The position numbers were made by a program, and so were the translations under genes. From contig OX597828.1 of the NCBI GenBank assembly GCA_951406725.2, positions 9,424,001-9,488,000 on the forward strand: a stretch of DNA of 64,000 nt, written 5' to 3'. Source of the DNA: Octopus vulgaris. Its lineage: Eukaryota. Shown here one piece after another: positions 27,805-42,182 of the stretch (position 1 is its first letter; every line of letters begins with the position of its first letter). Under the pieces are notes generated by a model. That model was not told the DNA's origin. It searched no databases and worked only from the letters and a program-made list of their open reading frames with translations.

Positions 27805-27985
27805 TTTTTACTTTTTTTTCTTCTTTCAAATTTGCTTCCATTTCTTGCCGAGTGTCTTCCCGACTCCTAGGGCAAAGAAACTCATAGTATACATTGGTAG
27901 GCCATTAAACCAAACTCAATAGTTTGTTCATTTTTTTTAAGTTAATTAAAATACATTTTTTTTAAAGTTAAATTAAAATACATTT
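27805..27985 (-). mobile_element. 3'-UTR-only copy of the copy-B LINE family, flanked by (TAA)n on both sides
   Basis: Near-identical to 25161-25310 (TTCTTTCAAATTTGCTTCCATTTCTTGC...GGCCATTAAAC.AAACTCAATAG). (TTA)n continues to 28075. Confidence 0.9.
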
Positions 27986-27986
27986 A

Positions 27987-28076
<90 letters not shown>

Positions 28077-28593
28077 GCGTTAAACCTCCACAGACCGATT
28101 TAAAGAGGTGGTGCAATCCTCATGAACCGATGATGGACAGTCTTGACATGGGATATTAAAGTAGAGGAGTTCAGGTTCAGTAAAGAAATAAAGTCAGAGC
28201 AATCTAGAATACTGGGTCATCTAGTTAAGCACGTAGAATAGTTATTTACAAGAGAACAAGAACCGATGTGGTGGCACCGAGATTGCGTGCTGAGCAATTA
28301 TTCAATGCCAATCACACTGGTTGCATTGTCAGAGCCATGGCGAGTGCTCTAAGACATGATGGAATAAAAGACGCTCGTCCTAACCATTACCTATCAGAAG
28401 TCGTTATCAGAACTAGTTGAATCTATATCTTTGAAAGCGTTCGAAGTTTAATATATTATCATTTAACTTTAAACCTTCACACTGAACTGAAAAGCACTGC
28501 AATACGTGACAAGTGAAGAATAGATTTTAAATTTCAATAAATGTAAATTCTAATATATTTAATATCCAAGAAATGAAACGCATGTAGATTTAG

Positions 28594-28631
<38 letters not shown>

Positions 28632-29527
28632 CAATTAATTAGCTATTTTCCGATTTTGAAAAATAAAATATAACATTTTGCTGGCCTCATATTCATAGAC
28701 AAATTCTTATTTATTTTCAATATGTTTCTCATTATCAGCTTTATATCTATTGTACTTTTCTCATTCTTTCTAATAGCACTTTGTCTCTGACAAATTGCAA
28801 AACAAATGCACATCCACTCGAAACCACTACTTGGTAGAAATGCGTTACATTGGAATCTCAGTATAATACAAATGACAGTTGTCAGAATTAAGAATATTAT
28901 AAAACTGCTATAAAATAGTGGTTTCTAGGCTAAACACACTCGATTAAATACTTACTAACGTGTAGAACACTTCAAGCTTCCATAAGAGTAAGCCTTCGGC
29001 TTATTTGCCACGTGACAACAAAGAAGTTACCTTTTCCATTCGACGTCAAAACAGTTTGCAATTTACGTACAAACACAAACAACAAAAGATTTTCAAATGA
29101 ATTGCTTTAGTTTGCCTCACAACAAAATTGTCCAGTAATTTCCATGAAATACAGTAATGCAAAAATACTCCTGGGGTTGCTTTTGATTGAAATGTAAGTG
29201 CTATCATCTAATTAACTCGTGTAAGCTTAAATTAATGATACTTAGCATCATTAATTTCTTTTATTTTTATGCTTATTTCCTTCTATTATTTAACATTGTA
29301 TATCTTTTCTATCTTATCATTGGTATTCTTGTTACCTTAGCCTTATTGTATCTTTCACTTTAAATTATTTATTTCAACCATTTTATTACATATACGCACG
29401 ATATCTTTCTGTCTATCTATCTCTCATTTAGTCTCATTATGTATTTCACCATACCTCTCTCTCTCCCGCTTTCTTTCACTTTCTCTCTTTCTAGCTTTCC
29501 GTCTGTCTCTCTCTCTCTCTCTATCTC

Positions 29528-29676
<149 letters not shown>

Positions 29677-30290
29677 GCTTGATAGATAGATAGGTAAATA
29701 GATAGACAGATACATAGATACACACATATCTTCCTCAATATCAAGTTATATGTGTTTCTTAGTACACATAGACATACACAAGGACGCACACACAAACAGA
29801 AAAAAACAATCTCACACATATATACACATACAAACATATGCATATATGCACACAAACATTTCTTGTAGTGTCTGTAATGTCTGAACTCTTTAAACTCATT
29901 TATATCTCTTTGCTTTCTCCGTGTTTTTTAATTACGCAGAGTTTTTGCAATTGTTTATTCAGTACGTTTTATTTACTGCCTCGAGTGAAACATATTTTTT
30001 CGCTGCTTCAGAATAATTTTCTTATATTTTCTTAGTACATAAATGTTTCTGTACATATATATATATACGAAATACATATGAACATATACTCATACACACG
30101 CACGCACACACACACACACCCGGACATAATACACATACATGCGCAATAAAATATATATACGTACATGTATATATGTAGGTATAAACACACACACATATAA
30201 ACATGTATATGTGTGTGTGTGTGTTTGTGTTGGTATGTGTGCGTGTGTGTGTGCGTGCGTGCGCGTGTGTGTGTGTGTGCATGGATATGC

Positions 30291-30652
30291 CGTGGCATTC
30301 CGTCGGGTACGACGACGAGGGTTCCAGTTGATCAGTTGAACAGCCTGCTCGTGAAATTAACGTATAATTGGCTGAGCTCTCCACACACAAGTGTACCCTT
30401 AACGTAGTTCTTGGGGAGATTCAGTGTGACAAGACTGGTCCTTTGAAATGTAGGTACAACAGAAAGATGAAGAAAAAGTGAGAGAAAGTTGTGGTGAAAG
30501 AGTACAGCAGTGTTCACCACGACCCCTGCCGGAGCTTCGTGGAGCTTTCAATGTTTTTCGCTCAATAAACACTCCCAACGCGCGGTTTTGGAATCGAAAC
30601 CACGATCCTATGACCTTGAGACCGCTGCCCTAACCACAGGACCATTGCGCCT
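30291..30652 (-). mobile_element. tRNA-derived SINE (family D)
   Basis: The minus strand starts GGCGCAATGGTCCTGTGGTTAGGGCAGCGG...GGTTTCGATTCC (A and B boxes) and ends next to a (CA)n tract. Confidence 0.8.
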
Positions 30653-30691
30653 ACACTTATGTATATGCATATAAAGGTTATATATTTATGC

Positions 30692-30763
<72 letters not shown>

Positions 30764-30779
30764 TTGGTATGGTAGATGA

Positions 30780-30965
30780 GTTTAGCAAAAATTTAGATTC
30801 AGATGACGATGGTACTTAAGTTGAGGCACCCGAATTTCGTATGGTATTATCCATACAATTTCAAAGTAAGGTGATTACAAGCAAAATATGCAACAAGAAT
30901 ATCCAGAGGTAATGCAGTACGATCGTTTCATGGAAGTCCATTTAATTGAACAATGCAATCATTAC
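30780..30965. repeat. Second copy of the repeat family at 16045-16273
   Basis: Shared AGCAAAAATTTAGATTCA motif; begins next to (TA)n. Confidence 0.6.
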
Positions 30966-31066
30966 ATCAATTTGAAATGTTCAGCTGCAGAAAGACATAC
31001 CATTTAATCAAATTAGAACACATGGACACATTAGTATAATTATACCATAAATCTCTAAGAATTTAA

Positions 31067-31400
<334 letters not shown>

Positions 31401-32164
31401 ACATTGATGCTTAAGTTCAGCAGAAGAACATAAGTAGAACTCAAGACGTGAGAATGCATATATTTTTATCATTTTGTGCCGATCAAATAAAGACGAGTGT
31501 ATGTGTGTCTCCATATGTCTGTGTGTGCGAGGGTTTGTGTACAGGTATATGTATGGGTGTATGAGTGTGTGTGTGTATCTGAAGTTCTATCTTTATGACA
31601 CGCAACTGTCGTTATTTTACCTTCAGTATTCTCTTATATTTCTATATGCATCCAATTCAAATCTTTGAAATCTAACGAATCCTAATGTTTATTAAGTTGT
31701 AAAGAGAAAGCAGATCGAAATTGATTAACAATAACACTAATTGAATTATTTTCACTGGGTTGTGTATTGAATCAATTAGCTGAACTTCAAATGGATTGCT
31801 GTCGATATCGGATATCGTAGCTGCAAAAATTCGCACCAATTTATGTCTGTTAGCATGTATAAATTTTTTCTACATGGAATCAAGAAATGTGAAAGTCTGA
31901 CATCACGGCGAGTCTCAGTACGTTCTAAACATAATTCATATTGCTTAAAAAACAACAAAAGGTGTGAAAGACATACAGAAAGTTTTCAATGAATTTGTAT
32001 ATATTCTATTTGAAAACTGGTTACGTGTAAAGAAATAGAAATGTAGTCATTGGTACGATGCTGTATTCTTAACTTCTGGCGGCCGGCATACTAAGATTTA
32101 ATGATGAAATGTCTCTGCACCACATAAGGCAACAAGACATTAATTTGAAATCTCCATTGGCTAA

Positions 32165-32182
32165 ATGATGAGGATGATGATT

Positions 32183-32224
<42 letters not shown>

Positions 32225-32248
32225 ATGATGATGATTATGATGATGATT

Positions 32249-32305
<57 letters not shown>

Positions 32306-32333
32306 ATGATGATGATGGTGGTGATGATGATGA
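32165..32333. repeat. (GAT)n microsatellite
   Basis: Direct reading; source of the poly-H/M ORFs. Confidence 0.97.
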
Positions 32334-32359
32334 CAGACGGACAGATATGCACACAAGCA

Positions 32360-33466
32360 GTATGTGGTGTAACCGAGGTAATTTAATTCTTTTCATTCTG
32401 ATTACACATGGCAGATGAATTTCTATCACAAGAGTAGAAAAGACACGCAATGATCATTGAAACATATGCAGGGAATAATCATTCAGAAATTGTCAACTTT
32501 CAAAATGTTGCAAGGACTATTTCCTCAAAGTTCGGGTGGAAGGGGAAATATCTGACAGGAGTAGATTTAATTTATCGGAAAGGAAACACATTCGAATTCG
32601 GAATACCATAATGACACTGAAATTCATCTAACATACTCTAAACATTATTGTTAATGATCCTCCCATGGACATTGCTAAGACTTTTAGTTGTCCGAGTGGA
32701 TTATCAAAACTTTGGTGCACGAGGATACTGGATGCAATTTGTATGGACTGACGAGAGGCCTCTTTATCCCAACAAAGAGACCGGAAAATCGTTTGATCCC
32801 AGCCAAGCAGTTACTAAAGAAGGTTAAAAGCCTTCACGAATACAGAATGATATTAATTCTTCTCAGATAAGAAAAATTCTACAAAACCAAAAGGCTAATG
32901 GCAGGTGGTTATGGGCAAATCCCTTGTGTGGCGTACACTAAGTTTAAAGCAAGAGTGTTAGGTTCAAGAATGACAAGTATCGAATATCGTGTCCCACGAC
33001 AACTATTGTTTGGCATGTTGAGATGTGCAAGAGAGTTGTTAAACCCTTGATCAATGAAGCACATGCTTGAATGCTATTCGTGTTTCACAAAGTACACGTT
33101 CTTCAAAAATAGATATCAGATAATTTTTGCGATCATGTAACACCAAACATATAGTCTCGAACTCGACAGAATTAAATCTCGCGGATTACTACTTTTGGAA
33201 CTGTTTAAAAAGGAATACCACTCGATATTGCCGCAATGACAGCACTCCATTGACGGCAGCCATTGTCTGGTTGATGTCCGAAACAATTAAGGAACATTTC
33301 GTGCAAGCATTTCCAAGAGTCTGGTTCAGCATTGAAGTTAAATGCGGAATCATAGAATAATCTAAGAAAGGTTATTGAGAACATTTGCATAATTTGTTTT
33401 CAAAGTGCATTTCATTGTTGCTAGATTAGAATTGTTTTTGGTAAATTACCAAATAAATGCTCGTAC
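32360..33466 (+). mobile_element. Degenerate Tc1/mariner-superfamily transposon, probably maT (DD37D)
   Basis: SEWIIKTLVHED...ENRLIPAKQLLKK, F-SDKKN (SDEK-like) at ~32860, and NSTELNLADYYFW (SPDLNPLDY-like). Ends are approximate. Confidence 0.7.
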
Positions 33467-34875
33467 CAACACACAGAAATACATACTCGTGTGCTCAGCG
33501 CAAGAACCCTGTATTAAATTATTTATTCTATTTTATAGCATCGTAGGTGATACGAATTTGAGAGGTGACTTAGTAGAGTCAAGTGAACAAAAATGTGGTT
33601 CATACACATTAAGAAGCTGGACTAACGCGAGATTCGTCACGGCATCATTGAAACATTATAAAATCTTACGTAAATTCATCGAAACTGGGCTAAACCTATA
33701 CTTAAAGCACACACGTTTATTTTATATCTAGAGTAATGGAATTTTCAGTAGTTAAAAAGACTAATTTAATTATTCGTCCTGAAACGTAAATAGAAAGATA
33801 GGACACAAGCATAAATATATCGAATGGGAGTCCATGCTCTCTTTTGTATTTGTGCATAGGTTACTTTCGATAATGCATCTGATATCAATGTTTGCGTGAG
33901 TCATCTCTCATAATACAATTCACAGCAGTGATGAGACATGATATCTAGAGCTTTCCTGTTTGCTCTACTATTGCGCTGAAAAGCAGAGTCGTTCTCAGTA
34001 ACCTAATCGATGACTTCTGAAACGTTGCTGTAACTGTTAGTGAGAAATTCAATAGTTATAAATATTTCACGTGTTACTAGATATACTATATGGATTTGAG
34101 ATGATATTAAATAACCACCGCAGTTCTTCAATATATAAACTTATAATTTCACTAAATCTCTCACTTTGACAGTGGTTCGACAATAACTGCCGGTACTACG
34201 CTTAAAGAATATCACAAAACGATGCTGTTTCCTAGACGCATAAACCTATCCATCCATCCATCCATCCATCCATCCATCCATACATACATACATACATACA
34301 TACATACATACATACAGACAGACAGACAGACATGCATACAGATGTACATATGTATATGTGCATATATGCACACACACACATACGTACATATATACATGCG
34401 TATTCGGACATATATATATATATATATATATACATACATACGTACATACAAACATAAAGACATACTTACACACACATACATACATACGTGCATGCATACA
34501 TTTATTCAGATGTCTATATTTTCGTGTTATCTTTGTCTTGAGTAAATTAAACAGTTCTATTCCCTGATATTGAGATATTTTTATATGCCTTACACAAGTC
34601 TGTTTATGTGCTTAGATAGAACTGAATGCAATATTTCCAAGGTCAGACTCTAATACATTATTAAAAGAATTCCACAAGCATTCAAATTCGGTATATTGTA
34701 TGATATAATATAAATATTGGAACTAGATGATTTCACACTCACACAGAAACATACATAAATGCACACAATACACACACACATGTATGTAGATCTTTTCATT
34801 CGTGTATGTATATATGTATGAATGTGTGTATATATCTATCAATCTCTTCCTCTCTCACTTTCTGTCTCTTTCTGT

Positions 34876-34995
<120 letters not shown>

Positions 34996-35749
34996 TATAT
35001 GTGTGTCTATATGGATTCAAATACATTAACAGCATTCAGAATCTCATTCGAATACAAACCTCGGAATATAACTGCATTTGATTAATGGTTGATGCTTTCA
35101 ACAAAGACCATTCCACATATCTGCGATAAACGGCATAAATACAGATCATTACCATATTATTTTGTCGACAGCAACCATAATGTGAACGCGATGAAAACAA
35201 AAATAATTCTTGGACAAAACAGCTAAGAAAACATTCTTCTGCTTCTTATTGACAAACTTAAAGAATCTATACAAAGTCTTGCAGTTTGTTTTATTCATTT
35301 TTAATATTCCAGAAAATATTGCAGAAAAATTAAGAGAAAAAAATTTCTAGGAGTGGAGGAAACAGCTGAAGCTAATGATAGTCTCAAGCTTTGCATATAA
35401 TATTTCGTTACTTTTTGTTAAAGACAAAATCATTATGAAAAAATATAAAAGATGGGAGAAAATATAGAAAAAATGGAACGCATAAAAATATAAATCATTA
35501 GAATTTTTTTCAACCTGTGGCAAAATATATATTTTAAATAAGTAACAGTGGGTAATTATGGATAAGAATTTTGCAACATCTCCAAACTGCTTTACTGTGT
35601 CAGTGGAAATAAATAACTGCGTGTACTTTATCTAAGTTTATGCATAATTTCTCACGATAGGTTATGGAAAAATTACTTACTGAGCAGACTACATCACACA
35701 CACTCACACATACACAAACACACACATACACACATATATATATATATAT

Positions 35750-35948
<199 letters not shown>

Positions 35949-35975
35949 ATATACATACATACATATATATATATA

Positions 35976-37219
35976 TTTGAGTCGAAGTAAAAAATTATCC
36001 GCACTTTCGCCATAACGTGTCTTCATTATTGTCACACTGACTTCAGCGCATTCGTGCATATAACTGGTACTATTGTGGTCACGTGATCGACGTTTGAGCC
36101 TGATCGCGTCATATTTCTTTCTAGCTTTACAGTGTAAGCATGACTACTCTACTATAAATATGCAGCAAAGAAGAACAAAGTGTAGTGATCCGATTTCTCT
36201 GGTCGGAAGTTGTGTCAGGTACTGAAAATTATCGAAGGCTTTTAACAGAGACGGTGAACTACCGAGTAGAAGTGTGCATAAGTGGATCGAGAATTTTAAA
36301 AGTGGCTGGACAAGCGTGACGCACGAAAAGTGACCACTACTGACTAGAATATTTAGCGAGCTCGGGAGATGGTAATGGTGAACCGGCGAGTTATCATCGA
36401 CGAGGTAGTTCATTTTCTGCAGATTAATCATGGTTCTGTTTATCAAATCATCCACGATGAACTGTGGTTTCATAATGTTTGTGCTAGATGATTGTCAAGA
36501 AAGCTTACTGCAGAGCACAAGTGAAAACGTCTTGACGTCTGCCAGCATTTACTCGATCGCTACAATAATGAGGGAGAGGAATTAGTCAGAGAAGATAAGA
36601 CGTGGGTCCATCATTTTGAAGCAGCTTATCGGGTAGAAGCATTTTGGTTCACCAGCGACGAAGAAATTCAATAATCAGTCTTCCACGGGAAAGGTGATAC
36701 TAATCCATTTTGGGGGACTCAAATTGTCTTATACTGTAAGACTACCACGAAAAGGAGTGTACGATCAACAGTGCAAGATGCATTGATTTGCTGGCCAACA
36801 AATTGAAGACAGGAATTCGCACCAAACGCCGAAGCCTATTGTCGAAGAAAGTTTTAATTTTGCGTGACAATGCACACCACCACACGGCCGCCCAGATCTC
36901 TGAAACCATTAACTAATTGGGTTTTGAGGTACTGGAACACACTATCTACTGCCCAGATCTCGCCCCTTCAGACTATCATATCTTTGGACCGCTCAAAAAT
37001 GGTTTACGAGGTCACTGATTGCCTCCGGATGGAAATGTGAAGGAAGTATTGCATAAATTGTTCCATGACCAACCAAAAACCTTATTTTGGAGGGAATACG
37101 CAACCTAGACCAAGGGCACGGAAAAGGAAGGAGGGTGTATACAAAAATGTTTATCCCCTGTTTTTGTGTAAATACATTGAAAACACAGGAGTGCGTATGA
37201 TGTTTGACTCCCCCTTGTA
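35976..37219 (+). mobile_element. Full-length but decayed mariner transposon (~1.25 kb)
   Basis: Degenerate TIRs AGTAAAAAATTATCCGCACT and AGTGCGTATGATGTTTGACTCCCCCTTGTA. Motifs CSKEEQSVVIRFLWSE, CAR*LSRKLT (WVP-like), DKTWVHHFE, RDNAHHHT, YCPDLAPSDYHIFGPLK. Many stops. Confidence 0.88.
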
Positions 37220-37658
37220 TATTGTTGTGGTGGAATCCAAGCAGCCATATATTATGCAGTGAGTCGTAAATGCTCTTAAGAAAATATATCGTTGGATACG
37301 TGTGGTGATTTGAACAGTTGGTAAATGAATATGCATAAGTCTGCAACTACATTAAAACATCTTGCTTTGCTGGTCTTCTGAATTTCAAGGGAGATAATCA
37401 TGTTGAAATGAATCCATATTACTAATATATATTTTCTTTGCATAAGGAAAAAGGAATTTTCCTCCCTTTACTTTTACGTTTGATTATTCACTCCTTCATA
37501 TTTGCATATGTACTTATATACAAATATGTGTCTGGTTTCATGACTATATATTTTATATAAGAGCATACGCGGGTACGCATGAGAGTTAGCGTCTGTGTGC
37601 GTACGGCAGCTATCTCACTTGCTTTATAAATAGAAAAAAAACACACGCATACACACAT

Positions 37659-37747
<89 letters not shown>

Positions 37748-37751
37748 CCAA

Positions 37752-37982
37752 ATTAATAAATAAAACATATGCATATATACATATATTTACATACCTACAT
37801 GCATATATGGGTACAGGACATCAAAAGAAAAAAACGTAGAACACAATGAGAAACGAAAACATAAAAACAAAAACAAGGAAATGGACTTTCTCAAACAACG
37901 AAAATACAGAGTACAAGACATACAACACAAGGAATATTTCCCTTCTTAAGCTGCCCCTTCTTCGACTACTCCGTGTTTCGAA

Positions 37983-38071
<89 letters not shown>

Positions 38072-39390
38072 TATATATATGTGTGTGTGTGCATGTGTGG
38101 TAACCTGGCAGAAACTTGGGCACTCCGGACGAAATGTTTAGCTGTCTTAAAGTTCTGAGCTCAAATTCCGTCAAGGTCGACTTTCCCATTCATCCTTTCG
38201 AGTGGATAAATTAAGTACCAGTTCCGTACTGGGGTTGATCTAATTGACTGGCTCCTCCCCAAACTTTCGAGCCTTGTGTCTAGAGGAGGAAAGGATATAT
38301 AAGATAAACTGGAACACGACTGAGGAAAGAAAACTCCGAATGACCCGCCCTTGTTTTCTTTGTTTCTTCTATCTGGATGTTTTGCGTTCTTGTCCCATTT
38401 TGTATGTATGTATATATATATATATATCAAGAACAATCTTACTTAGAAAGGGATGCGTGCGTTCCGTCATGTAATATATTAATAAATAAAACATATGTAT
38501 ATATATATATATACATATATGTACGTACCTACCTCTACATGTATATATACACGCATATATGAGTACAGGACACACAAAAAAAACGTCGAACACAATGAGA
38601 AACGAAAACATAGACACAAACCCAAAGAACTGGACATTTTTCTTAAACAACAAAAAATAGAGTATGGGACAAATAACAAGGAAAAAAACCCTTCTTCAAT
38701 CGCCATGGTTTCATCTACTCTACGTTTCGAAGGTGAAGGCGAGACGTATCTTCGATAGAAACTTTCCTTTCTGCGAAAAGCAAATCAAATAAAAGTTGAG
38801 ATCTTTGTGCAGAGCGCTAAAAATGTTAACAAAAACAGGACAGTAACGACAGTACAAAATATAAGCAGTAAAAGACAGGACAAGGAAAATAACAAGACAA
38901 GAAGGGTTGTTAAGCCGAACGGAAAAAAAGTATTACGAACGCTATTTTTTGTGGACGGTGAAGGGGGCAAAGAAAATTGCCGTCCACACCTCAAGAAGGT
39001 CAGGCGAGAAAGAAGGTGGTAAGGCTCTCGTCGCGGGTTAACGGCGGGAGGGAGGAGGAGGAGTAAGAGAAAGGGAGAGAAGAAAGGGGAATGGTTGTGA
39101 GGAAACCAGAAAGAATGAAGAATGAGAGAGAGGAAGAGAGAGAGTGAAGAATGAGAGAGAGGAAGAGAGAGAGAGTGAAGAATGAGAGAGAGGGAGAGAC
39201 AGTTAAGTAGAAGAAAAGGATATCAAAGAATGAAGGCTGAGAAAGGGAGGGGACAGAAAGGTTAAAATTAATATCAAGAACATTCTTACTTAGAAAGGGA
39301 TGCGTGCATTCCGTCATATAATATATTAATAAATAATACATATGCATATATATGTATACATTTATGTACGTACCTACCTCTACATATATA
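37752..39390 (-). repeat. Cluster of three overlapping direct repeats (37752-37988, 38427-38735, 39273-39390); likely Penelope-like 3' end/pseudo-LTR relic
   Basis: TCAAGAACA.TCTTACTTAGAAAGGGATGCGTGC at 38427 and 39274. GAACACAATGAGAAACGAAAACATA at ~37839 and ~38588. Weak TCGAAGA...GAAACGTA on - at 38721-38755. Confidence 0.55.
38098..38298 (+). mobile_element. SINE family C
   Basis: CTGGCAGAAAC...GAGCTCAAATTCCGTCAAGGTCGACTTTCCCATTCATCCTTTCG...GCCTTGTGTCTAG. Confidence 0.75.
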
Positions 39391-39685
39391 CACACACAGA
39401 GAAAGAGAGAAAAAGATAAAAGGAGAGAGAGATATCCTGGACCAGATATTTGTTTCATTTTCAACATATTCGTCATCATTCAATAGCTTCAATAGCGTTT
39501 TCATCATGTAGGAGAAAAGGTACTGCCTAGAGACGTTTACACAGACTGTGATACTGGTGGGCGGAAGATGTTTTAGCGCTTCAGAACACGGAATACGTTG
39601 CAGAAGTGTGTAAAATTCAAACAGTAAAATGAGCCCTAAAGTTAAAGAACTAACATTATTCGGATATAATCACTTAGATATGATT

Positions 39686-39765
<80 letters not shown>

Positions 39766-41029
39766 TAGTACACAAAGAAATTCTGCAGTAAATATGAATC
39801 TGATACAAAGAAATTTGAGAAATCTAAAATTACATATATTTTCTCAAACGAAGCCAATAATAGTCACGAACGATGAAATATATTAACGACTGCTAAAGGA
39901 AGCCAATAACAGATGTAGAAATATGAGCTCACAGACTTGAAATAATATGATCATTGATACAACATACATAGATCAGAAATCGGATTAAGCAATAAGGTAG
40001 AATTACTTGTTATATACGACGATTAACAAGGTCAAGTAATCTAATATGGAGATAAGTATATTTGGCTAAAATATGGCTAGAATTTATCAACAATACAAAT
40101 TTTCATTTAAATTAATGACATTATGATGAAAACGGAATGTCAACACTGGAGAATTAAATGTAGACTACGTCGTTTCAGATATTTATTACAAATGTTTGTA
40201 AAGTTAACTAATAAGCGATATTATAGAAGTCTGTTTTCATAGTTCTGAAAATGTTTTCTGTATAATTCTAAAAATTTCCTGAAAATACAACGAAATCCCC
40301 GACTCAAATGAAGATTTACCAGACAATCCTAAAAAATCTACTCTTGTTTGGAAGACTGCTCAAGATAACAGCACCTGGTTGTATGACAGCGCAAATACAG
40401 TGCCCATGATTAAACTGTAAAGACCAGAAGTACTTGGAAAATATACAATCTGGAAATCGCCGTCAAAATATAGAACACGTCTTCTTTTTTACATATACTA
40501 ATGGAATTTACTTTAGTTTCGTATAAATCAGAAATCATTAACACCTTCACAGTTTATTTACAGAAGTAGTAGTATTTACATCCACGTTTTCAGTTAGGAA
40601 ATCTTTGATGATACTGTCACGCCACACAGAAAATAATGGAAATATGTTTCATTTACTTGCACCACTGTCTGCATTCTTCCGCACAAAATGGCGCCCGCGT
40701 TCTATTTCCTTAAAACGTCAACACAAAAACCATTATCATTTCTTAATCCATGTAGCTAAATATTGTGCAATAATCACTGTTAAATAAAACGCTTTTATGG
40801 GAACTATTTAAGAATGCAATATAACTGTGCAATATTGATGGGGAGATCACGAAGCTTAGTAAAAATTATAAAAATAACTTGAGGCAATCTACACATGCAA
40901 AGACATCGATGCAAACCTATCGAAACTGCAATGCCGCATGGCTAATAAATGGAATAGAAATCAGCTGTACCAAGCTGGACCAACTTAAAGAGTTAAAAAT
41001 ATGGAAGAATTGTAGTATACGGATTCAAA

Positions 41030-41391
41030 TCTCTCTATATATAAACGGAAAAATGTATGTGTGTGTGTCCTTTATACAAATCCACAATTTTTCCGTTAGA
41101 GAGCTCGTACTTTCTATAGTCATTCAAAACCATCCACGGGTGGTCGTGCACGTGTTTACATTTCCTCAGTTACCCCACAAACCCATTAAAAATCAATAGA
41201 AGTGACTTTTTGTGAATTTTCTATCCAAAACCCAATCAAAATGCCAGAAACTTGATACGCCAATTGAATGCCAGCTAACTGTATGTGATTGCTCGGAGAG
41301 TTGGACAGTACTCGCGTGTATGTGCGCATGCACGCAGCTGTATAAGCATGTACTAGCAGTATGACCCGGCGTTGCCGGGTCATAGTGCTAG
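41030..41391 (+). mobile_element. Short non-autonomous Helitron-like element
   Basis: Starts TCTCTCTATATATAAA after an A. Ends with the GC-rich hairpin GACCCGGC-GTT-GCCGGGTC, then CTAG before a T. No TSD. Confidence 0.7.
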
Positions 41392-42124
41392 TACTTACTA
41401 TTTGAATTATAAATTATAGTTGAAAGGAAAAAAAAAATATCAAACACTATGTAACACTGAAAAGAACCACACTAGTGAATTCGATTTTAAAAAGAAGTGC
41501 TTCGTTAGAAGAAGTTTGTATATAAGTCCTGTGCGCGTGTGCACGCGAACACGCGCATGCACACACAAGCACACAAGCACACATACACGCACATGCACAA
41601 ACACACACAGATACACACACACACGCACGAACTAACGCGCGCGTGTCACACACATATGCACACATATTCAATACAGGAACAATGGCATTATACATATTTT
41701 ATGCACCCAGAATTTGCATTTTTTCCCTCTTGCTGTTATTGCAAATGATGACAATGTATGATCATATAGGATAATATGCTACATGTCATCTGTAAGACTG
41801 TAGGTGATATTTTCGGGATATTATACTGCTATTTCGATGAGGCTCATTGGAGCAACGAGTAGTATATATGTTGGCTTGCTTCAGGATGTGAAATTATATG
41901 GGGAAACTATATTAGCATTGAAGCATCTTTTCATTTTACCTTTATTTATTTTCCCACATAACTCCTATAACATTATCAGGCAAATTACAACTCTTCTTTC
42001 ACACTCTTTTAATTTTCACTTTTTCTATGAACGTGGATATATGCAAATATGCGTGCATATATATATATATATATATATATATGTATTTATATGTATGTAT
42101 AAATATATATATACATATATATAT

Positions 42125-42182
<58 letters not shown>

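Noticed and set aside
28100-28400. RILGHLVKH peptide resembling an RTE C-terminal motif
   Set aside because: A single short match, too weak to call.
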